A stretch of 64,000 nucleotides of DNA from an uncultured Rubrobacteraceae bacterium (GTDB lineage Bacteria; Actinomycetota; Rubrobacteria; Rubrobacterales; Rubrobacteraceae): the NCBI GenBank assembly GCA_963811295.1, contig CAWEQZ010000053.1:9751-73750 (forward strand). The letters run 5' to 3'. Positions 22,698-30,900 of this stretch are shown here, in pieces. A program made the translations under genes and the position numbers. The notes beneath the pieces were generated by a model. That model made no database searches and was not told the DNA's origin. It worked only from the letters and a program-made list of their open reading frames with translations. How positions within the stretch are numbered: the stretch's first letter is position 1; each line of letters opens with the position of its first letter.

Positions 22698-23630
22698 TTA
22701 CTCGAAGATGGCTAGAGGCAAATACGAGGAGACGATCCAGTTCGGCTGATCTACGATCTCGGAGATCTTCAAGTCGACCACCAGGCTCGCCAGCACGTAA
22801 GCCTCGACGGGCTCGAGCCCGTACGTCTCGCTTATGTGCTCGACCATCGCCCTGAGAGAGTCTTTCGCTGCCTGCATCAGATCTTCGTTCACGCCCATCG
22901 TCGCGTACCAACCTGCCTCGTCGACCAACGGCGTTAATGGTCCCGGGGTCTGGAACTGGGGTGCCGGTATGCTCCTGCCCTTGATCAAGTCGAAGCGCAA
23001 GGCGGCGTACATGGGGCTCTCGATGCCGGTGACGCAGACCTCGCCGTCGCCCTGGGCCGCATGGGCGTCGCCGCAGGAGAAGAGCGCGCCCGCGTGCTGC
23101 ACGGGCAGGTACAGCACGGAACCCTTGGTGATGTGACGGGTATCCATGTTGCCGCCGAACGGTCCAGGCGGCATGATCACTGGCTTCTCGGGACCGGTCG
23201 GGCTAACACCCATCGTCCCGAAGAAAGGTTCTATGGGGATGGCGATGTCGTCCTTGAACAGCGTGTAATCGCCGTTGGTGAGGTCGAAGATCTTGAGGTA
23301 GGCGTCGGGGAAGTCCTCGGGCAACAGCCCGAAGCCCGGCAAGACGGCGGTCCAGCCCCAGCCTGCGGTATGCATATCCAGTACCTCGACCGCCAGTATG
23401 TCGCCCGGCTCGGCGTCCGTCATCGCGACGGGGCCGGCGAGCGGGTAGAGGCTATCCCAGTCGAGATCGGAGAGGGCGTCTACGGTGGAGTCTGGCCCTA
23501 TCTGTCCGTCCGAGACCTCGCGGGTGTGGTAGACGACCGTGTCGCCCGGCTCAACCGCGAGCACCGGCTCCTGCTCGTTGTCCCAGACGTAGTGGACCCG
23601 ATCTTCTGGAAAGTAATGCGTCTTCGGCAT
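22698..23630 (-). CDS. Acetamidase/formamidase family protein
   Basis: PFFGTMGV, GGNMD, GDAHAAQGDGEVCVTGIE; start could be up to 23666. Confidence 0.92.
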   Translation of the reverse strand: MPKTHYFPEDRVHYVWDNEQEPVLAVEPGDTVVYHTREVSDGQIGPDSTVDALSDLDWDSLYPLAGPVAMTDAEPGDILAVEVLDMHTAGWGWTAVLPGFGLLPEDFPDAYLKIFDLTNGDYTLFKDDIAIPIEPFFGTMGVSPTGPEKPVIMPPGPFGGNMDTRHITKGSVLYLPVQHAGALFSCGDAHAAQGDGEVCVTGIESPMYAALRFDLIKGRSIPAPQFQTPGPLTPLVDEAGWYATMGVNEDLMQAAKDSLRAMVEHISETYGLEPVEAYVLASLVVDLKISEIVDQPNWIVSSYLPLAIFE

Positions 23631-24006
23631 GACCCGAACCTCCATGTCGTCCTTTACCCTGAACATACTCTCTCAGGTTGCGGCATCTCTTTCCAGTGAG
23701 TTGGCTCCAGGCCGCGACGCGCTCGGGTCTCCACCCTAACTCCGCCACCGTTGCCGGATTGGGCTACCTGCTGATAGCACCTGCCGAAATACGGCTACCC
23801 CGCTGCGACGATGCCGTGTGGTCCGTTGAAATGCCCCGAATCGTGCATTGCGTCTGGCTGATCCCGTGCGACTATGGGGTTCGATTCGTGTGCAACCCGA
23901 CGTGCCATTTGGGAGGGGGTTTCTCGTAAGGCGGCTCTCGATCCTCCCCGACGCTCACCTCGCGCACCGCCGTAGCGGGGTACCTATCACTCGAGTGACT
24001 AACAGC

Positions 24007-24156
24007 AAGATCTGAAAGCGAGAGGAGGTGATCTTATCGGTGTGACACGTAGGTTATAGGGTTGCCAAGGGGGACCAGAAGACAGTAACCTATCACAGGT
24101 CGCTTGCCAACACCGCCGGTCCCTCTTCATTGTAGTTCGGAGTTGATGCTACGATG
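24007..24156 (+). ncRNA. Candidate structured RNA (pseudoknot-like)
   Basis: Several crossing complementary segments found by eye (see findings); no family recognised. Confidence 0.35.
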
Positions 24157-24195
24157 GTGTCTCTATAAGGGATACCCTTGAAGCGAGGGAGAACC

Positions 24196-24666
24196 ATGAG
24201 ACGCCTGTACGTACTGATAGCCTCCGCCGTGATAGCGACGTTTCTCATCGCGCTTACGATGAGCACCGTAAGCGCGCAGGGAGAGAGTAAGCGCTACGGA
24301 GCGATAGCCGCCGTCCCGTCGTTAGTAAGGGGCGTTGACGGTTACGGCGCTACGCCGAAGCAAGCCAAGAGCGCCGCGATTGAGGAGTGTCGTCAGTTCG
24401 CATCGCACTGGCGCAAATACGCTGGGGACTGCCAGGGCGCCGTCTGGGTGCGCAACGGCTGGATAGCGATCGCCTTCGAGCGTACCGTTGAACAGCCTCA
24501 TAGTGACCTGGCCTGGGGCTCGGGCTGGGGTCACAGGAAGGACAGCGCCAAACACCAAGCCCGGAAAGTTTGCCGACAATACGCCCAGGAGAAGTGCGAG
24601 GTAGAAAGCGTGTACGAGACGCCTGTGAGGGACCCGTCCCTGGGGTCAAAGGGTGGCAGCTGGTAA
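24196..24666 (+). CDS. Secreted DUF4189-like protein
   Basis: Signal peptide, YGAIA, paired Cys, W-RNG--AIA, GSGWG. Confidence 0.75.
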   Translation: MRRLYVLIASAVIATFLIALTMSTVSAQGESKRYGAIAAVPSLVRGVDGYGATPKQAKSAAIEECRQFASHWRKYAGDCQGAVWVRNGWIAIAFERTVEQPHSDLAWGSGWGHRKDSAKHQARKVCRQYAQEKCEVESVYETPVRDPSLGSKGGSW

Positions 24667-24813
24667 CTATTCCCAAGGACTCTAGGACCGGGGACTCTGG
24701 CAGCCTCGGCCCTTCCTCTTTCCCCTATTCACCGGAGTGCGTGGAAGACCGCTACCTGGACAGCCGCATCCTCTATGACCGCGACGGCCGACTGGTGTTG
24801 CTAGCAGATCGGC

Positions 24814-25107
24814 TCAGCCTAGCCTCCGGAGTATCCCCGACATCTCTTCTTCGTCGTAGGCCCTTAGCGTGGTGGTTCGCACGTTGCCCAAAGAGCCTAT
24901 CTCCAGGAGGTGGGCGCTCAGGGCTTCGTCGTCCGGTGCCTCGAAGACGGTGACCATGTCGTAGGCTCCTACCGTCCAGTAAGCCTGCTCCAGCTTCAAC
25001 CCGTGCTTCTCAGCGATCTCGCCGCCGTGGTCGGTGCGCTCGGCGGTCTGCTTGACGTTCTTTATGCCTTGGTCGGTCCAGTTCACTAGAATCACGTAGC
25101 GGGGCAT
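24814..25107 (-). CDS. GYD-domain protein
   Basis: MPRYVILVNWTDQG..YWTVGAYDMV..GNVRTTTLRA; RBS AAGGAG. Confidence 0.88.
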   Translation of the reverse strand: MPRYVILVNWTDQGIKNVKQTAERTDHGGEIAEKHGLKLEQAYWTVGAYDMVTVFEAPDDEALSAHLLEIGSLGNVRTTTLRAYDEEEMSGILRRLG

Positions 25108-25434
25108 ATGTGTGTTCTCCTTCCTCCCACCGAACCCGGCGGGTTCCGGTCCTTTCCAACATAGGCATGATGCCACCAGGAGGATCCTGGCGCTTCGGCC
25201 GGGGACTTATTCATCCAACCTCGTGGAGGGATTCTCCGCAGTTTGTATTCGGCAATCTGCACAAATCGTCACATTGGATCGCGTTTGGACACCATTGCCC
25301 GGTCTCAAGTTCATGGGTGTAAGATACATCCGTGTCATGAAACGGTGGCGCAGCGGGAGTCTAGGAAGGTTGGTCGACGCGAGTGCCTGAACCGTGGAAG
25401 ATAGTGCACCCGACGATGCGCCAGGAGGCCGGCG

Positions 25435-26430
25435 GTGATGTACATGACTGACGATAGTACGGGATACAAACGTTACCTTTCACAAGGGTATCTGGCCTCC
25501 CTGCCCGAACGAACCGCGCGGGCAGGAGCCGCGTTGACTGGCGGGTTTGTATACGAGACGGGTGAGGTGCTACTACCGCTCGCAGTTCGCCGATCCAGGC
25601 TCTACCAGGCGATAGTCGGACGGTTGCTGCGCATCACGATCGAGTTAGTAGGCGGCGTGGAGGGCGTCTACCCTACCGAAGAGATGCCTGTGCGAGAGCT
25701 GCTGGTACGCAAGACGGCGGGTAATGTGATCGAACTCAGTAGCTTTCTGGCTGTCGGTTGGTCACCGGTCTGGCTCCTGGCAGGGGCATCCGACCTGGTC
25801 GGGGGTACGAAGATATACCTGCGGACGCTGGTCACGGAGTTACGGGACGCGGGCGTTCTCGCACCGGACGCGGACGTGGCATCATTCGAGGAGCTGTTGA
25901 CCACACTGGAGGGCACATCCGGTGTACTGGCCGACACCGTTGACGTGCCTCCGTTGAATATCCCCAGCGTGCGCACCTCGTGGCAAGAACTACAGCATCA
26001 GGTAGCGGATTTGCCTGACGCCGACGGTCTAGAGATGATCTTCTCCGACCTACGGTTGGCCGCACGGCAAGAGGATCGCTCGGTACTGGAGATTTCTTCC
26101 ATGGTTGCGCTCGGCGCGGTGCACGCGGGCGTGAGGCTGGGAGATGCTCACATCTTCGACTACTATCGCAGCGCGCTGCCGACGATAGTCGAAGAGGGCC
26201 TGGTTTCCTTCCTGCGTCGAGTTAGCACCCCTTACCTAATGCGGGCGCGTTCGCACTTTGATCCTGGGTCGAGCACTTACTCAGAACGCCTCCTGCGGCG
26301 TTGGGCGGATCGCCGTTCACCCGTGGCACGCCAAGTTACGACGCAGGGTGCAGCGTCGAGCAAGGAAAACGCCGCTGAGGACCATTCTGCGGGCGAAAAA
26401 CAAGATTCGAAGAGCAGGAAACCAATCTAA
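25435..26430 (+). CDS. Hypothetical protein
   Basis: 331-aa ORF with RBS AGGAGG; no family recognised. Confidence 0.7.
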   Translation: MMYMTDDSTGYKRYLSQGYLASLPERTARAGAALTGGFVYETGEVLLPLAVRRSRLYQAIVGRLLRITIELVGGVEGVYPTEEMPVRELLVRKTAGNVIELSSFLAVGWSPVWLLAGASDLVGGTKIYLRTLVTELRDAGVLAPDADVASFEELLTTLEGTSGVLADTVDVPPLNIPSVRTSWQELQHQVADLPDADGLEMIFSDLRLAARQEDRSVLEISSMVALGAVHAGVRLGDAHIFDYYRSALPTIVEEGLVSFLRRVSTPYLMRARSHFDPGSSTYSERLLRRWADRRSPVARQVTTQGAASSKENAAEDHSAGEKQDSKSRKPI

Positions 26431-26563
26431 GCGCGACTCCGAGAACCTGACCGAGAAACTCTGCTGCACCACGTTGGAGAGGGATGCCAACACCGAACTC
26501 ATGGCGCGCATCAATTCCCGTGGTGCCACCGGCAAGCCATCAGCTCACGATGCGTCCTGCTCT

Positions 26564-27787
26564 CTAGATTCTCTCGAGGGCCTGTTCGAGGTCGGAGATC
26601 ACATCCCCAGCGTGCTCGATACCCACCGAGAGCCGCACGAGGTTCTCCCCGACCCCGAGCCTCTGACGCCGCGACGGCGAGAGCTCGCGGTGCGAGGAGG
26701 TGGCGGGATGGATGGCGAGGGTGTAGATGTCCCCTAGAGAAGGAGCTTTGACGCAGAGCTCCAACGCGTTGAGGAAGGCGAAAGCCGCCTCACGTCCCTC
26801 GGCCGCAAGCTCGAAGGAGACGAGACCGCCTGTGTCCTCGAGCACACGCCCCGTGGTCTCATGGTCAGGATGCGCCCCGAGGGAAGGATGGTTGACCTTC
26901 GCCACCTTCGGATGGGCGGCGAGGCTGGCTGCGACCTGGCGCGCGTTCTCGCACTGGCGGCCCATCCGCAGGGGCAGCGTCTTGAGGCCGCGGTGTGCTA
27001 GCCAGGCCTCGAAAGGACCGAGCACGCCACCGATGAGCTTGCGTAGTTGTTCTACCGCTGCTGCGTAAGGCGGACCGGCGACCACCGCGCCGGCCGTGAG
27101 GTCCCCGTGCCCCGAGAGGTACTTGGTCGCGCTGTGGACGACTATGTCCGCGCCGAGCTCCAGGGGCCGCTGGAGATACGGAGTGCCGAACGTATTGTCC
27201 ACGATCAGGGCTGCCCCTGCGACGCGGGTTATCTTCGAGATCTCCGGTATGTCGGCGACGCGCAGGAGCGGGTTGGAGATGGACTCGACGACAACAGCGC
27301 GGGGCTTCAGTTCTCCGACTTTCTTCTCCACCGCTCCCAGATCATACGTGTCGACGAAGCGGGTCTCGACGCCGCTCGCGCCGAAGACCTGGATGAGCAG
27401 AGTCGCCGTCGAGCCGTAGAGCTGGTCGGCCGCAAGGACCGTGCCCCCGCCCGTCAGCTCCGCAGCCGCGAGCGCGGCATGGGTGGCAGCCATCCCAGAG
27501 GCGAAGGCGAAAGCCCTTACACCCCCTTCTGCCTCAGGTGCCTCCAACGATACGAGCGCCTCCTCGAAGGCGCGTACTGTGGGGTTGTCGTAGCGGGCGT
27601 AGCTGTAGCCCTGTTCCTCTCCGCCGAGCACGCGGTCCGTGGTCTCTATGTTCGGGTGCGAGAAGGTGGTCGAAGCGTAGATCGGCGTCGAGATCGGGTA
27701 GAAGATCCCATCCCGGCCTTCCTCCGCGCCGGCCCTGTGCTCTCCGGAGTGCACGGCGCGGGTCTCGAAACGTCTCGGGTGCTTCAT
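26564..27787 (-). CDS. PLP-dependent trans-sulfuration enzyme (cystathionine gamma-synthase/methionine gamma-lyase family)
   Basis: YARYDNPT, ASGMAA, VDNTF, HSATKYLSGHGD, RLSVGIE. Confidence 0.93.
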   Translation of the reverse strand: MKHPRRFETRAVHSGEHRAGAEEGRDGIFYPISTPIYASTTFSHPNIETTDRVLGGEEQGYSYARYDNPTVRAFEEALVSLEAPEAEGGVRAFAFASGMAATHAALAAAELTGGGTVLAADQLYGSTATLLIQVFGASGVETRFVDTYDLGAVEKKVGELKPRAVVVESISNPLLRVADIPEISKITRVAGAALIVDNTFGTPYLQRPLELGADIVVHSATKYLSGHGDLTAGAVVAGPPYAAAVEQLRKLIGGVLGPFEAWLAHRGLKTLPLRMGRQCENARQVAASLAAHPKVAKVNHPSLGAHPDHETTGRVLEDTGGLVSFELAAEGREAAFAFLNALELCVKAPSLGDIYTLAIHPATSSHRELSPSRRQRLGVGENLVRLSVGIEHAGDVISDLEQALERI

Positions 27788-27798
27788 GGTGGCTTATA

Positions 27799-29409
27799 CT
27801 ACGATCTGGTTGCCCTGGTGGCGACCACAGCCCCGAAGTCGAGGCCGAGATCGGAGAAGATCGTCTCGGCCGCGTTCCTCCCCGGGGCCATCGAGACGCC
27901 CGGTCCAGGGTGGCTCCCCGAGCCGCACAGGTAGACGTTCTCTACTGGGGAACGGTAGTCTCCCATCTCGGGTACGGGGCGCATCGAGCCTGTCTGGTAG
28001 GGCAGCATCGCGCCGTGGCAAATGGTCCCATGCACCGCGCTGCTCAGCTTCCGCTCCAGGTCGAGCGGCGAATGGGCCTCCCTCTTCAGCAGCTTCTCCT
28101 TCAGGTCCGGTATGTAGTCGGCGGTGATCCGGTCGATCAGGTAGTCGGCGTAGGCTTCCTTCGCCTCGTCCCAGGCCCTCTCCCCGACATGCCCGGTGGC
28201 GTCGCCCCTGATCTCGTAGGGCACGCCCAACACGACGAACTTCTTCAGGTGCTTGCCCTCGGGAGCCCTGCTCGGGTCTATCACCGAGTCGTTCCAGGCT
28301 ACCATGAGGGGTGTGGCAGGTAGCTCACCCCCGCGGCACTCGACCGAAGCCCTGGCCACGGAAGTTAGCGAAGGGGGAGTCAGGTGCACGTGGCAGGCGG
28401 CGCCGGCATCTGGTCCTGCTTTGTATTCGACGGGGCCGTCCAGGGCAGCGTAGATCACGAACGCCGGATCTCCCCACTCATACCGTTCCATCTTGCCTGC
28501 AATCTCTGGACCGACGACCTCCTCGCCCAGGAACCTGAGGGCGAGCTGTCCTGGGTCGACACCGGAGGCCACGAGGCGCCCGACGGGTATCTCCTCGCCG
28601 CTCTCCAGCCGGACCCCCGTGGCCCTGCCGGAGCCAACGAGGATCTTCTCCACCCCGGCGCTGGTCCTGATCTCACCCCCAAGGGAACGGAGCTGGTCGG
28701 CGAGGGCCAGCGACACGTGGTGCATACCGCCTTTAACCAGATTGTTCCCCGCGTCCTGAAGCACGGTGCCGAACAGCCAGGCGAGCTCTGCGCCCCCTGC
28801 GTCGTCGGGGGCGTGTGCCATGAAGAGGGCGAAGGCGCCGAACAGGCACTTGACCTCCTCGGACTCGAACGTCTGGTCGCACCACGAGCGCATGCTCTGC
28901 AGGCCGAAGCGGTAGTCGTCCATACGGGCGGGGCTCTGCTCCATTGCGGCCGCCTCGGCTGAGAACGCCGGGGGCGCCGAAAAGAGCGAGGCGACGATCT
29001 TGTCTTTGTCCGCCCTGTAGCGCTCGACCAGCTCGCGCCAGGTCTCGGCATCCTTTTTCGAGTACCGACCGATGTTCTCGACGGTCTTCTCCAGGTCCCT
29101 GCTCACGGCCAGGACCCTGCCGTCGGGGAAGGCGTGGGCGTAGACTAAGTCTGGCTCGATGAGCTCCAGGCCGTGCTTGTCCAGCTCCAGCTCACCGGGA
29201 ACGGGGGAGAGGTTGGCCAGTTGGTAGCCGCTCGCGTGGACATCCGACCTGAACCCGGGGAGCGTCAACTCCTCGGTGAGCGTCATGCCTCCTACGTCGT
29301 GGTAGCGCTCTAGGACGAGCACCTTCAGCCCCGCCTTCGCAAGGTAGCAGGCGCAGGTCAACCCATTATGCCCGGCGCCGACAACAACAGCATCGTACCC
29401 CATCGACAT
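27799..29409 (-). CDS. Phytoene-desaturase-like FAD oxidoreductase
   Basis: VVGAGHNGL, C-terminal LCGSGSHPGPGVSMAPGRNAA. Confidence 0.88.
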   Translation of the reverse strand: MSMGYDAVVVGAGHNGLTCACYLAKAGLKVLVLERYHDVGGMTLTEELTLPGFRSDVHASGYQLANLSPVPGELELDKHGLELIEPDLVYAHAFPDGRVLAVSRDLEKTVENIGRYSKKDAETWRELVERYRADKDKIVASLFSAPPAFSAEAAAMEQSPARMDDYRFGLQSMRSWCDQTFESEEVKCLFGAFALFMAHAPDDAGGAELAWLFGTVLQDAGNNLVKGGMHHVSLALADQLRSLGGEIRTSAGVEKILVGSGRATGVRLESGEEIPVGRLVASGVDPGQLALRFLGEEVVGPEIAGKMERYEWGDPAFVIYAALDGPVEYKAGPDAGAACHVHLTPPSLTSVARASVECRGGELPATPLMVAWNDSVIDPSRAPEGKHLKKFVVLGVPYEIRGDATGHVGERAWDEAKEAYADYLIDRITADYIPDLKEKLLKREAHSPLDLERKLSSAVHGTICHGAMLPYQTGSMRPVPEMGDYRSPVENVYLCGSGSHPGPGVSMAPGRNAAETIFSDLGLDFGAVVATRATRS

Positions 29410-29439
29410 CACTCTACCTCCCCAACGCGCCATGTGGGG

Positions 29440-29964
29440 TCATCGTGCTCCGCTCGTGAAGGCGCGTATGTGTTCGGCCATGTCGGAATAGGACTCTACC
29501 AGCGCCTCGATGTCCCCGTGCTCTACGTCAGGGGGCTCCACCCCGGGCCACTCGGTGCTGGCCAGAAGTGCGTAGTCGGCGCCCGGCCCCAGGCGTGAAG
29601 TGTGGAAGGTGTCACCCGGGACGAACAATTGCGGACGCTCGCCCGCCGCCAGGTCCGAACCCACAGTGGTCACGGCGCCCGTGCCGTCGGGATAGAGCAT
29701 CAATACTTCTAGTGGATCACCCAGGTAATGGTGGTAAAGCTGGTCGGAGCGTATCCTGTGCATGACGATCTGGGCGTCGGGGGCGACGAGAAAGTAGAGG
29801 GCCGAGCCGTAGGGACGGTCGCCCTCGTAGGCTTCGGGCAATGCCCCGGCAGGAATCCTCAGCGGGCTGCGGTATGTCTCGGCGACGAAGCCGCACGTGG
29901 GATGGGGCTCGAGCCCGAGCATAACCTTGACTTCATCCGCCGCCGGACGTGTCCCTAAGTCCAT
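29440..29964 (-). CDS. Cupin (DUF985/Cupin_5-like) protein
   Basis: LEPHPTCG, SALYFL, HRIRSDQLYHHYLG. Confidence 0.8.
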   Translation of the reverse strand: MDLGTRPAADEVKVMLGLEPHPTCGFVAETYRSPLRIPAGALPEAYEGDRPYGSALYFLVAPDAQIVMHRIRSDQLYHHYLGDPLEVLMLYPDGTGAVTTVGSDLAAGERPQLFVPGDTFHTSRLGPGADYALLASTEWPGVEPPDVEHGDIEALVESYSDMAEHIRAFTSGAR

Positions 29965-30215
29965 CGTCTCCTCCCTTGAGATTCACCTGTTGGGTTATTG
30001 CACGCCAGGAGCATATCCGTGCGTCTCGCGGAAGTCTACTCAGGATCGGCGCATGGCCCGACAAAAGATCGCTCCCCGACGTGTTGTGCAAGCGGAGGGG
30101 GATCCTCTACTTCGCCGGGGAGCCTGCCCGCATTATCGGGGCAGATACGTTAAGGGGTGGTAACGTCCGTGTACCGATTTTGTTACGGCGCAAGAAATTT
30201 CTCTCGCCCGGAGAT

Positions 30216-30533
30216 CTACTCGTTGAGCTGTATCAGTGCGAGCCTGAGATCGTCTGCCATCCCGCTGTGGCCGTGCTTCTCGGACTGGGCGATCCCCTTC
30301 TCGTAGGCGGCACGCGCCTCATCCTTGCGTCCTAGATTGGAGAGCACGCTGCCGAGACGCGCGTAAGCGTTTCCCTCATCGTCGACTTGGACGGCCAGGT
30401 AACGTTCCAGCACCGCCGCTTCGTCTTCGTCACGCCCGGCCTTCTCGTACTCGTTGGCCAGGGCAAGCAACCCTGTTGGATTGTCTGGGTTGTCGGCGAG
30501 CATCCGCTCGAAGTAATCTATCCTGTCTTCCAT
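30216..30533 (-). CDS. Small TPR protein
   Basis: TPR-like helices (LALANEY..A; AYARLG..L..LGRKDEARAAYEKG). Confidence 0.8.
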   Translation of the reverse strand: MEDRIDYFERMLADNPDNPTGLLALANEYEKAGRDEDEAAVLERYLAVQVDDEGNAYARLGSVLSNLGRKDEARAAYEKGIAQSEKHGHSGMADDLRLALIQLNE

Positions 30534-30572
30534 GCGGTTCCTCCCTTCGAGTTGCGTCTACGCTAGTATAGA

Positions 30573-30737
30573 AGCACTTCAGCACGCCGTCTTCGACTGC
30601 TTGTCAGCCAGTCAGCATTTCAGCCAGTTCGGCCAAAACTACAGTGGCTGACATGTTGAGAGCCACCTGGCGCAGCCGGGCGGCGTGCTGAGAAGCGAAG
30701 CCCGAAGGGCGTAGCGTGCTGAAGTGCTGACCAGCTT
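30573..30737. repeat. TCAGC/GCTGA repeat element with hairpin inserts
   Basis: tcagcac-[gccgtcttcgactgc]-ttgtcagc left; gctgagaa-[gcgaagcccgaagggcgtagc]-gtgctga right. Confidence 0.85.
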
Positions 30738-30900
30738 ATGCGGGTAGGTACGGCACCGGGGATGTGGGGTATCATAGGAAAGATCGAGATGTTTGATCGC
30801 TTTGCAGGAGCGTTTGTGGGGGGTGCCCGCGAAAGGTATCGGGCCTTCTCGCGCGGCGCTCGGGCCAAAGAGGGTATTGTCACGTGAGGGTGTGATCCGG

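Noticed and set aside
24105-24130. Twister ribozyme-like GCCGGTCCC segment
   Set aside because: The surrounding twister stems and conserved residues could not be built.
30793-30900. N-terminal extension of SucA from the ORF track
   Set aside because: No homology-like content; a better RBS and start lie near 30892-30901.
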